DNA from: Neocallimastix sp. 'constans'
Taxonomy: Eukaryota
Length of the DNA: 64,000 nucleotides
NCBI GenBank assembly: GCA_050613775.1
Contig: JBODTK010000101.1
Span: 1-64,000, forward strand
Direction: 5' to 3'
Under the pieces are notes generated by a model that saw nothing but the letters and a program-made list of their open reading frames with translations, had not been told where the DNA came from and made no database searches. Below, piece after piece: positions 24,704 to 37,899 of the stretch. Both the position numbers and the translations under genes were made by a program. The number at the start of each line of letters is the position of its first letter. The first letter of the stretch is position 1.

Positions 24704-27441
24704 GGGAGAGTTGCATTTCCCCAGATTGTATTTCGCCAAGTGGCGTATTATTAAAATGTTGTATTTCCCCAAGTTGCATTTCGACAAGTGGCTTATTGAT
24801 ATAAGTAAATGAATGAATAAATAAATAAAAATTCAAAATAATTTTTTTAAATCAATAAAAATTCAAAATAATTTTTTTAAACTTGTTTTTATTATATTTT
24901 ATAATTAATTATAGATATTTTTTAAAATAAAATAATTATTAATAATATTTAATTATAAAAATATATTTAATTATCAAGATATATTTTAATATTTTGTAAA
25001 AAATAATATTATAATAATATTTTAATTATATAAATATATTTTTAAAATAATAAAATTTTATCATAAAAATATATTTTAATGTTCTTAAGCTAACCTAATC
25101 TAATAAAGATTAAAAATACTTTAACAATTATTGTATTTATTCATTTATTCTCTTTTTAAAATAATTTTTACTATTAAAAAAATTATTATTATTTATGACA
25201 GAATTCATTTGGTCAATTTTCTGTCATTTCTTAATAATTTATAATTTAATCAATAAATTTTATATTTAAATCATTTAAGCATTTCAATCATAAGTCAAAG
25301 AAATCATTTCTAACACTTTCCTTTTTTTTTTTTTAATAGAATTTCCATATTTTTGTAATATTTAACCAAAGCTTTAATTTCCTCAGTTCTTATTAATTTT
25401 TTTTTTTTTTGTTTTTTATTTCTTAAAATTCCAGCAGTTCTCCTTTCGTAATCAATGTAATATTTTGATTCTTCTTTTTTGCAATTCTGATAGTAATTGA
25501 AAAAAAGTTGGTTTTTTGCAAATAATTTTTTTAAGTATTTATTAAAAGTTTCTGAAACATTATTTGTAATATGCTCAATATTATCATAATAGTTCCAATT
25601 TTCAGTTTCAAAGTTAATTAAATAAGTTTTTTTTAAAATATTCTAAAAATTCTAAAAATTGAACATAATTATGTTCTTGGCACTCACTTTTTATTTTACT
25701 ATATATATCATATATATATTCAGGATTAATGAAAGGAAAGTTCGAAATATTATTATAATAAATATATAAATCTTTTATTTTTTCTACTTTATTACCACAT
25801 AATTCTTTTTTTTTTTTTTTTAATTTCTAATGCTCTTTTAAAATGCCATATACAGTATTTAATATTTGCATTAATAAAAACTTTTTGTGCAGCATTAAAT
25901 ACAGCTTATTCAAAGTCGCAATGAAATATTTTTGGTGTAATTTCAATACTATTATATTTACTAGAATTTTTTTTTTTTTATTTCTTCAAATAATATTTCA
26001 TAAGTTGTTTGCTTTTTATTTTTTAATATAGAAAAGGAAGTAGTGTAAAAACAATTTAATTCTGTAACATAGGTTCTAGTAATGAATACTTGATAACTAA
26101 ATATAGGTGCAAATATAAAATGTGCCATCCGCAAAAATGTGTTTATTTTTAGAAGAAAATAATTCTGCTTGGAATGGAGATTGAAAAACAATTAAATCAT
26201 TATTTTTGAATATCATAAAATTTTCATCCCTTTTTTGTTTTATAATATTTTGATTCATTGGGAATTTCATCAAATGTTGTTATATCAGAAGGTAGTTGTT
26301 TTCTTCTACTTCTTGTTACTTGGGATTTAATTGAATTATATCCTGGACATATAAGACCCATACCTTGAGAAATTTCATCATATGTACGTTTTATATTTAC
26401 ATTAAAAGGAATTGAACTTTTTGAAATTTCATCTTTAATTTTATTTTTTACAATTGATTTAGCTGCTCCAAATTTATTTTCAAGATGATTATGTGAGTCA
26501 TCATATTCTAAGATTTGATTCTCATTATTTAAAATAATGAAAGATGGACATTGATTTAATGTTTTATATTCTGTACATTTATATTTTTTTTGAATTGTCT
26601 TTCCTTTTGGATGAAAGATTAAACTTATATTTTCTGTTTAAAATAATTTGTTCTTTTCTTCTATTAGTTTTGCTTATTTCAATTTCTAGATTTTTCTCCA
26701 TTTTTTTTTTTTTTTTTTAATAAAAGTTTCTAATTAAATATTCTATTGATTAATTTTAATAATATATATTTTTAATTATATATACTTTAAATGAAGATTA
26801 ATTATCCAAATCTTATTTTTTAATTCTTCTATATTTTAAATAATTCCTTTTTTTTAGTGTAACTGGATAAATATAAAGTATTTATAAGTTTATTATATTT
26901 TTTATTATATAAAGTATAAAAATTTTTATATTATAATTTTATATTTATTTTTATATTTAATGACTATTATAATTTTCATCGTTATTATAAAAATATTATT
27001 ATTGATGTTTCTGTAATTATTGCTACAGTTTATATTATTTATTTATTATTTATTATATATTATTTATTATTAATTTATAAAATACTATAAGAAAAACTTT
27101 TTACATTTTTCTTAAGTAGGTAAATATTATTTTTATTAATTCATTTATATATATATTTGCAAATAATAATAATATTATTTATAATTTAATCGTCATTATT
27201 ATTATTAATGACAATCCTTTTATAATTATAGCAATAGTGTTTATATTATTATTTTTTTTATTATTATATTACTATATTGTTTATTTTATTATTATTATTT
27301 TTTTTTTTTTATTTATTATTTATCAATTTATTATTTATTTAAACAGATATTTGTAAACTATTTATATATGAAAAAAAAATTTTTAATATTTAAATATTTA
27401 TTTCAAAAATATAAATACATCAATATTAAAAATTTTTAATT

Positions 27442-27481
<40 letters not shown>

Positions 27482-27543
27482 TAATTCTCAATTTGGCGAA
27501 AAGCAACCTGGCGAAAAGCAATTTGGCGAAATGCCCCACACCC
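24704..27543 (-). mobile_element. Full-length MULE with 9-bp TSD; transposase (~26701-25260) is frameshifted
   Basis: ACACACCGG at 24695-24703 and 27544-27552; GGG...CCC termini with repeated TTGCATTTCGCCAA-like units; motifs YKCTEY..CPSF..HNH, FADGTF, DFE, YCIWHF, TNNVSE. Confidence 0.92.
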
Positions 27544-27552
27544 ACACACCGG

Positions 27553-27593
<41 letters not shown>

Positions 27594-27870
27594 CTTAATC
27601 CATTATTATTTAAATACCATTACCTTTATTATAATTTAATTGAATAATATTTTATTTCTTTTTTTTTCTTTTATAATTATTATTAAATTTTTTTTATTAA
27701 TTATTTATAAATATTTAAAAAAAAAAAAAATAAATAAAAAAAAATAAAAAAATAAAAAAAATAAAAAAATAAAATAAAAAAATAAAAAAATAAAATAAAA
27801 AAAATAAAAAAATAAAAAAAATAAAAAAAAAAAATAAAAAAAAATAAAAAAATAAAAATAATAAAAAAAA

Positions 27871-28430
27871 GAGCTATTATTATTATATATATAATTTTAT
27901 ATTCAAATAATTATTATTTAAAAAAAATTAATAAAAAAATACCAAAAAACTTGGAATGATTTATTAAAAATCGGACAAGATATCTTAGAATCCTATAGAC
28001 ATAATAATAATAATACTAATCTTTATAATGGATTATTTATTTATAATAATTTACAATTTTCTTGCTAATTATCTTTAAAAATATATAATATAGGGATTCA
28101 AAATTTTTTTAAAATTTAAAAAAAAAAAAATAATAATAATAAAATTAAATAAAAAATTAAAATTCTTAGAAAAAGAAAAATTAATTAGTAAGTGTTCAAA
28201 TTCTTTATTCCATTGATAGTATTTTATTACTTTTGGCATTTTCTATCCATGTTCTTAATATAAAAAAAAAATTGTTTTATTGATTGTATATACCCATTAT
28301 CTATAATTTCGATATAATAAAGCATATGTATTATATAAGAATTTGCTTTGATAATGATAATTATGAAAAATGAAAAAGAAGATGGAATATAAATGATTTA
28401 ATTATATGAATAATGAAAAAAACAATAAAT
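27871..28430 (+). pseudogene. Collapsed paralogue of the SBP-GPCR-like gene
   Basis: Pieces match exon 3 (AAAATACCAAAAA..TGG..GGACAAGATATC), exon 4 and the end of exon 5 (AAGCATAT..ATAAGAATTTG.TTTGA) with large deletions and frameshifts. Confidence 0.8.
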
Positions 28431-29410
28431 AATTTATATATATCATTATAATTATAAACTATATATTGATAAAAATATTTTTTAAAATTATATAAATCTA
28501 TATAAAATATTAAAATTAATTTTACATTTTATTAGGATTAGATCAAAAATTTAAAAAAAAATAGAATAGAATAGAATATTAATAAAAAAAAATAAAAAAC
28601 ATAAAAATTTTTTTGTTTTTTGTTTTATTTTTATTTAATAATTAAAATGTATTTTCTTTATATCTTACTTTACAAAAATTCATATTACTTTAAAATTAAT
28701 CAAATAAATAAATAAAAATTTTTTCTATTATTAAATTATAATAGACAAATTTTTTTATGTCCGTTATTTTTATAATTTATAATTTCTCGATTTAAAATTA
28801 TTTTCTTAAAAGAATAATTAATTAAAATTTTAATATTAATTATTTTATATGCTGTTTAAATTTTATTAATTTATTTATTATTATATTTTTATTTTATTTT
28901 TTAAAAGAAAAAAAAAATATATTTTTTATTAATACTATAATTATTTTGTGATTATAATCTAAAGAGAGATCTGCGTCAACGTCAAAACGGAATGGCATTA
29001 TACTTCTAGAGAGTCTTAAAAGTAATGTAGAAAAGCCTTAAGGTCTATTCGACTTAAATTCTCATTATTTTTTAAAAAAAAAATATTATTAGTAATAATT
29101 CAATTTATAAATAATAAGTAAACAAATTAAAAAAAAATAAAAATAAAAAAAAAAAAATAAAAAAAAATTATTAATAATAAGCAAACATTTAAAAAAGAAA
29201 AAGATATATTATATTAGAAAATGTCGTTATAATTATATCCATTTTTAAAAATTATTTTCTCAAGCTAAGATTATTCTTTTTCTTATAATTTTGATATTTA
29301 TAATAAAAAATATTTATTTAACATTTTATAATTTTTATTTTATTTTTAATAATAATTTTTTTTTTAAATTATTATTTTATTATTAATATTTATTATAGGC
29401 TTTATTTAAA

Positions 29411-30350
29411 AATATTATCAACTTAAATTGTCTTTGTTCCCCATCATTAACTTTAATTTTTTTCATATATTGAACACCCGCCAAGAAGAGCTCTCAATAT
29501 AAAATAATAAATATTATTATCATAATCCTTTTCTGAATCTAAAGAAACATCCAAGGATTTTTGTTCAATTATCATTGCAAACTTCAAAAAGAGATCATCT
29601 AGAAAAGATAAAGACTTATTTCTTTAATTTTCCAATTCTTTACAGGCAAAAATCCAGTAAGAAAAGCTAGGTACACTAACACCACAACATGGGCAACATT
29701 TAGGAAAATCTTCTGAGACTATTTTTTTTTTAATGTCAAATTTAAAACCACACCCAATTCGAGAAATCCAAAAGAATCCTAATTGATACTTAGGATATTG
29801 AAATGTTAAAGTCTTTAATTTCTGAAATAAATCCAAAATCATTCTCCTTGTAAATAATTGCTTTTTTAGCTTTTGAGAGTTTGAAGATATCTCTTTCCCA
29901 ATAAAACTTTTTTATTTCATTTGTTTTTTTTACCATTTAATTTCTTATCCAAAGTCCTTAATTCTTTAGTCCATGAGTAATGTGACATAGTAGGAATATT
30001 ATTAGTGAGATGATTAATAATACATGATAAGTTTTTCCATTTTCTAAAGCAATGTAGTTGAGATATAACACAGATAGCTGAAAGAGGAGGTATTCTCAAT
30101 TCACGAGTAATATCATAGAGAATGACATAAGAATTACGAGATTTAAATCCATAATTCCAATAAAGTCCTCTATTAATAATTCTTTAACCTTTATAGCATC
30201 TGCTCTTATTTGAACCAAAAAGAGAAAAATAATATAAAACAAGACTAAGAATAAAGGAAATTAAAATATATTTCTTCAATGGGAGAGGAATAGATTTATT
30301 TATAAGAAATCGAAAGTACAAATTTAACTTGTCATTTAAAATTGATACAT
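29411..30350 (-). mobile_element. Degenerate LINE ORF2 fragment (post-RT region and C-terminal Cys motif)
   Basis: RIPPLSAIC..CFRKWK and FWISRIGCGF..KCCPCCG..WIFAC; several stops and frameshifts. Confidence 0.7.
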
Positions 30351-30517
30351 TTAAAAAATTAAATTATAAAGACTTTTAATATTTCATAATTTTTTTTTTA
30401 TTTTTAACAATAATTTTTTTTTTTTTTTTAAATTATTATTTTATTATTAACATTTATTATAGGCTTTATTTAAATTTTTGTATATCAAACTTTCAAAAAA
30501 AAAAATAGATGTATTTA

Positions 30518-30566
<49 letters not shown>

Positions 30567-31071
30567 TTTTTGTAAATCAAACTTTCAAAAAAAAAAAAAA
30601 AAATTTGATGTATTTATAATTATTTTTTTATATTTTTTTTTGTATATACTTCAAAAATAGATATAAAAAAATTCTATAAAATTTTCAAAATTTCTATAAA
30701 GAATAAAAATAAAAAAAAAAAAAAAATTATAATAAAAAATTAAAAATAATATATTACTAAATTATTTGTTTTAAAAAAAACAATTTTCATCTTACAAAAA
30801 AAAATTATAATCTATCTTTCAAAAATAAAAATATTTTAAAAAAATTATAATTTTTTTTTATACATATATATATATTTAATGATGTAAAATTTAAATTAAA
30901 AAAAAACATATAAAATAAAGAAAACCATTAATTATTAATTAATACTATTTTTACATAATTTAATTATGTTTATATAATTTTATAAATATTTTCATATGAA
31001 ATTAATTTTTTTTTTTTTTTTTTTGATTATTTATATCATTATCTGTAATAATATTATGAAACTATTCAATC

Positions 31072-33056
31072 TTATGAAGAACTTGTCTTTTGTTTCTTAG
31101 CTTCTAGCCACATCTCCATTTCTATTGCATAACGTTTTTTATCTTCTTCTGATTTTTGCATATATTTCGCTTTATCTTCTGCAGATAATTCTTTCCATGC
31201 TGCAGAAATCATTTTACTAATTAAACCTAATGAATTCTTTGGATATTTAGCAGTATATTGTGGACGAACTTCACGAAGGAAAAATAAGAAAGCAGAAGAT
31301 GGATGCTTTGGTTGAGTTGGATCTTTTGGGGCACGAAGTCTTCTTTTTGGGAGAGGAGTCATTGGGAATGGAGGCATTCCAACAGTCTGAGGATATCCAA
31401 GATATCCAAAGTTTGCAGCTGCGGCTGCTGCGGCTGCGGCTGCGGCTGCTCCATCTTGAACTTCATGAGCACTTTGAGGAGATTGTTGAGTAAGTGGAGA
31501 TTGGCCAAGTGGTAAACTTACATTAGCAGGATTAATCTTCTTACCACGGAAGTTTTCACGTTGAGCTTTAGCCAACTTTTGAATATTATCAAAATCTTTA
31601 CGTAAACGTTTAGCTTCTTCATAAAATTTGTTCTTTTCTTCTTCAGGAAGGAACTTCCAAGCTTCACCAACACGCTTACTAACTTCGGATACCGACATTT
31701 CTGGATGCTCATTCTTTATCTTTGGACGTGTAGTACGATTAAAAAGAAGGTAGGCATTTGGGGGTTGCTTTATTGGAACAGTTTGATAACCGAATGGAAT
31801 TGGTGGGAAAGCATATGGACCATAAGGATAATACATAGATGGTGAACTAATAGAATTACCAGAACTAGATGGTGAACCATCCTGAACAGCTCTATTACTG
31901 AATCTTCTCTTCTTTCTTGTGTAATTTGGACGACGAGTGTAAACATAATCCGGATGTTCACGATCAAAATTATTCTTTAACATTTGAGCTTGAAGAATAA
32001 AGTTATTTTTCAAATCCTAATTAAAAAGAAATTATGAAATATAATAATAATAATAATATATTGATAAAAAAAATTTTTAAAATATTATAAAAATTATTAT
32101 ATCCGTAAATATAAAACTTTCTTTAACAATAAATTTTATATTATCAATATATAATGATAATATATTGATTAATTAATGATAAAAAAAAAAAATGATTTTA
32201 AACTTTATTTTTAATAAATACACTAATATAATTTAATTTAAATGATTATATTATTAAAATATTTATTATAAAACATATTAAATATAATAATAAAATATAA
32301 TAAATAAATAAAATATTTAATAAAATAAACACTTACTGCATCCATCTTCGCCCATTCATCTCCTAAAATGGTACTTATTTCAGATGTAGCAAGTGTTGGA
32401 TTTTGGGATGAAAGTTCTCTTCTTCTCTTTACAGAAAAAATAAGAAAAGCATTCATTGGACGTTTTACTTTCGCAGTTGGAGAATCATTATTTGAAGCAG
32501 AATTGTTTACAGACAAAGCGTCTTCATCAGTTTCTATTCCTAAATTACCCTGAAGAGGCTTTTGAAGATCAGTTTGAAGTCCTACGAATTGTTGATTACC
32601 CCAGCGAGCTTGATTATTACCATTTAATGTCTTGTCAACAGCAGTACGGTCAGGATCAACATATTCCATCATATGATTAGAATTATCAAAGCCAGACTGA
32701 GCTCCTTGACGTGAGGTTTCTTGTTGTAATGTTTGCAATGTATGGTGTGATGGCGCTTGTGAAAATTGTGTTTGTTCCCTTTGTGCAGAACGATCTGACA
32801 AAGACTGAAGTTGTTGTTGCTGTGAATAAACTTGGTCTGCATGTTGTACTGCTGTATTATCAGCTACCATAAAAGTTGGATCTTGTACTCCATAAAGATC
32901 AAAAGACTGTTGAGTAATTTCAGATAATTTATTTCCTTGTTGAGTTTGACGAGCCCTTTGCCTGTTGGCATGTTGCTGTGGAACTTGTCTTTGTTGTGAC
33001 TGTGCTTGGAATTGTACTTGTTGCTGTTGCAACATACGAGGGTTATAATGGAACAT
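31072..33056 (-). CDS. Triple HMG-box protein (about 554 aa; exons 33056-32337 and 32016-31072): Q-rich N-terminus, MATA/SOX-type box, two HMGB-type boxes
   Basis: KVKRPMNAFLIF..EISTILGDEW..HPDYVYTRR; PIKQPPNAYLLF..VGEAWK; PKDPTQPKHPSSAFLFF..AWKELS..DKKRY; phase-0 GT-AG intron inside box 1. Confidence 0.92.
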
Positions 33057-34332
33057 CTCCTTTTTTTTCTTTCCTTTTTGTTTTCTACTTTATAATCAAT
33101 CAATCCTTTAAATTATTTCTTAAAATAATATTGATAAGTAATTTATAAGTTTTCTTTTATCCTTTCAATACTATATAATATTATAATATATATTATTATA
33201 ATTGATAAAAATTAGTTTTATCTCTATTTTAATTTATAAATTTTTTAAATCTTTCAAAAAAAAATACAAATTGATATTTCTATTTAATATTTTATCCATC
33301 TTAATATTCAACTATATATTTATAGAAACTTTTATGAATTTAAATTATATAATTACTTTATTAAAAGATCTTCTAAAAGATACAAAAGTATAAAAAGAAA
33401 ACTTTGGTATAAAATTTCTTATTTAATATTTATTTATTTATATATATTATATATATACTTTTTTTTTTTTTTTTAATTCTTATTACTTAAATTAAATAAT
33501 ATATTATAAATAATATATAATTATATTTAATAAATATTTCTATTTAAAATAAATAAGAAAAGAAAAAAGAATTATAAAAAAAAAAAAAAAAAAAAAGTGA
33601 TATATTGAAGTATTTAAATATATTAGAAATTAAATAGAATAATCAATTAAATTCAAAAGAATAGAATATAATGACTGATATAATAGATTATATATCCCTA
33701 TTTAATTGTATTTTAATTTAAATATATTAATATTCTAATACAATATAATGTGATAATTTAATTTATATATGAAAATATATTTGTATTTAGAACAAAAAAT
33801 TGAATCTCCTATTTATTTGATTATTAATATTTATATAGAGTAATATAATTTAAAATTAAATCACAGATAATATTAAGTATATTAATATATTTCAAAATAA
33901 TATTGTATAATAAAATAAATATATTGTCCTTAAACATTTTAATAAATTGTCCGTCTTTTTTCATTTTTTTATAATATTGTAATATATATGATTAATTTAT
34001 TTTATTATATCACGCATATAAATATTTGGAAGAGAGTTTTTATTATATTCTAATATATTATCAATATAAATTTTATATATTACATAATAATAAATATTTA
34101 ATATATTCTATTATATTAATTCATATTTATTATTGTTCTTATAAAAAATATATTGAAATATATTATTAATTTATTTATTATATTGTTTATAAATAAATAA
34201 ATAATAAAATAGGGTTTTTATATTTTGTTACTTAACTTTAATAAATATTAAAATTATATTATTAAATAATTATAAAATATAGAATTATTATAAGATTTTT
34301 AGCCTATTAAATTTTAAAGTCTAACATTATTT

Positions 34333-34364
<32 letters not shown>

Positions 34365-36573
34365 TTATTTATTTATTTATTATTTATTTATTTATTATTT
34401 ATTTATTTATTATTTATTTATTTATTATTTATTTATTTATTTATTATTTATTTATTTATTATTTATTTATTTATTATTTATTTATTTATTATTTATTTAT
34501 TTATTATTTATTTATTTATTTATTTATTATTTATTATTTATTATTTATTATTTATTATTTATTATTTATTTATTTGTTATTATTTTTATTTTTCCTTTAT
34601 TATTATTAAATATTATGAAAATTTCTTATTTTATAAAAATTTAATTATATAATAAATATATCTTATTTACTATAAAAAAATACTTTTTTATTGTATAAAA
34701 ATTTAAATATATAATAAATATATTTTATTTACAATAAAAATAATTGTTTTTATTGTATAAAAATTTAAATATATAATAAATATATTTTATTTACAATAAA
34801 AATAATTTTAAACATCAAAAAGTTTTATATATAATACATATATAAGCTATAATCTTAAAATACAACTATTATAATTTATTAATATATAATTCTTTAAAAA
34901 CAATTCAATAGATGAATTATATATGATTAAATTAAATTTTCCTTTTGAATATTCATTTTTAATTTTCTCTTTATTTTAAAATTAAAATACATATATATAC
35001 TTATATATTTATAATATAAAGCAACAAATAAAATATAACGGCAATGGTTAAAGAAGTATTATTGAAGTAAAAGTAAACCGCAATTTAAATGGCAAAAAAA
35101 AAAAAAAAAAAAAAATAGATATTTCTGTTTAAAAAGCTTGATTCAAAATATCATTTTAATAATTAAATAAATACTAAACAATTAATACAATTAACATACA
35201 TTATTGAATAAGGCAATATAACTTTACATATTTTTATTACCTAGGAAATAACTATAACTAAAAAAAAATATTTATGAAAAATATATTTATTATCTAGGAT
35301 TTAATAAAGTAATAAAAAAAATAAGTTCATTTATAATAATTTTGTTTCATAAAGAAAAATATTGCAAATATATTTATGATTTTTTTTTTCCTTTCTATAA
35401 TATGTTAATTTGATTTTTATTCAATTCTTTTATATATTAATTTAATAAAAATTTTACATTTTTTAAATTTTTAATTGTTACGTTTTTAATATTTAAAAAA
35501 AAATATATATATATATATAAATATATAAATATGAAATTTTTATTATTAAATATATTTGATTTATAAATTAATAATAGGTTATTTATAATTAAAATAAAAA
35601 TAGAATTAAAAACTTTTTAAATTTTAAGGTTAACTTCATTGCTTATTTATATATATTACAATAAATAATATTTACTAATAATAATAAATTAGCTATTGAA
35701 TAAGCTTGAATATTATTATAAATTTGTATTTTATAGATCAATTATTTATTTGATATTATTTTCAATAAGGTTAATATAAGAAATTTATTCTACTTTAAAT
35801 TTAATCCTTTAATATTCTCATATATTAAGTAATAATAATATAAAATAATATATGTTAATAAATATATATTTTATATTTTTGAATAGTTATAATTAGAATG
35901 GAATAAAGGTCAATATATTTACCAAAAAAAAAATTTTTTTTTTTTATTTCTACATACTAAATAGATTTATAAATAATATAATATAATATAAATATAATTA
36001 CTTAAATTAACAAGTAAATATATTTATTTTATTATTAAATATATTATAATATACATCATGAATAAACCTATTTTTATTTTGACATATTTTTTTTTTCTTT
36101 TTTTATTTCTTTATATTCTGATTGACTTTATATATATTCAAAAATTAAATAAAAAGGATGAAAGAAATTTCTTTTATGGCATATTTATCAACCAATATTT
36201 TAATGTCCTTAAAGTAATGATAACAAAATAATTATTTTATTTAATGCTTGGTTTTGTTGAACTATTAATAAAAATGAAAAAAGATAGAAATAAAAAAATA
36301 TATATTATATAGTAAATAAAATATTATATATTAAATAAAATATTATATATTAAATAAAATATTATATATTAAATATTATATTATATATTAATATTACTAA
36401 TAATATAAAAATTTTAAAATTTTATATATACATTTTAATTTTATTAAAAAAATATTTATAACTACAATCCTAATATTATAAATATTGATTTTTCATAGTA
36501 TTATATATTTTTTTATTTTTATTTTTTATTTTTTTCCCAGTTTATATTATATTTAAATAATTTAAGTCATTAA

Positions 36574-36794
36574 TTTTTTTTTTTTAGACAAAGATTAACA
36601 ATAGGGGAGGACAACTAATCCTCATATAGATCAAATGCTACCTGTAATAATAATTATATAATCTATCAATTAGAATATTTACCACTGGGAGGATAAAAAT
36701 CCACTCATATAAATTCAGGAAGTAATGGCGGGGTTGGTCTAAAAACCATATATGTGTTAGTCCAGAGAACCAACAGGATAAAAACTGAAAGACA
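36574..36794 (-). mobile_element. SINE-like repeat, internally deleted copy 2
   Basis: Shares both ends with copies 1 and 4 (poly(T)-AGAC..GATTAACAA and CAGGATAAAAACTG.AAAGACA). Confidence 0.7.
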
Positions 36795-37899
36795 ACCATA
36801 TATATATATTTTTTAATATATGATTTTTATTAAGAATTATATCATTTTGTAAAGTTGAAGATTTATGGTTTGAAATTTCTTTTTGATTATATTATTTAAT
36901 TACTATTAATTTCGTCTTATTCTCTAAAATTAACAATTATAAAATTTTATTTAATTTGAAATATAAAAAATAAACCTAATTATTAAATAAATAATAACCT
37001 AATCATTTAAATTATTTTAAAATAGAATATACTAAATTGGATATATACAATTATAATTTTTTTAAATTTACCTAAGTTTAAAATTTGTATATATTAAATT
37101 GTAAATATTTAAATGAATTTATATGATTCAATTATTTAAAATATTTTTAATTATAATATTTATTAAAACTTTTTATTATTTAAATTTATATAAAATATAT
37201 ATTATTAAAAAATGTTTAATTTTCCAGAACATTTTTAAGAAAACTATCATAATATAGCAATAAGTGATTTATTTGTTAATTTTATATAATAATTAAAAAA
37301 AAAAAAGTTATATGTCAAAAAAAAAAAAAAAAAAAAAAAAAAACTATATTATTAAAAATATTATTAATTATTAAACATAGTCAACATATATATAATCTAA
37401 ATATTAGAATTTAATACATATTTAAAATTAATTTAATTGTAATATATATTTTTTTAATTGATTTCTTTATTATAAAAAAAAAATAAAAAAAATAAATAAT
37501 AAACCAATCTTTCTCTCTTATATATATTAAGATAACAAATCAAAATATATTGCTAAATTACTTAAATATATAAATTAATAATTGAATAATATATTAGGTC
37601 TTATTATATTTGAATGGATGTAATATATTATAAATTACTATATCATATTAGGTTATGATATTAATTAATGTTGTATTGTAGCATACTAATAAAAAAAAAA
37701 TATAGTTAAAATACATTAATTTAAACTCTATATAAAAAAAGTATATAAATGAAGAAAAATAAAATATAACTGAAAACTAGAACTTTTTTATTTTCATTAT
37801 TTTTCTCTATCATATGTTGAAAGTAGATAATTATAGTTTTCAATTAATCATTTTTAAAATTTATTAATGATCTAGTTAATACTAAATCTTAAATAAATA

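Noticed and set aside
24495..24812. 105-aa ORF
   Set aside because: Spans the MULE insertion junction, so it is an accidental chimera
4911..33056. Mucorales-type sex-locus synteny (transporter-HMG-RNA helicase)
   Set aside because: The transporter is SLC35A-like rather than TPT, is about 25 kb away with other genes between, and no helicase is present
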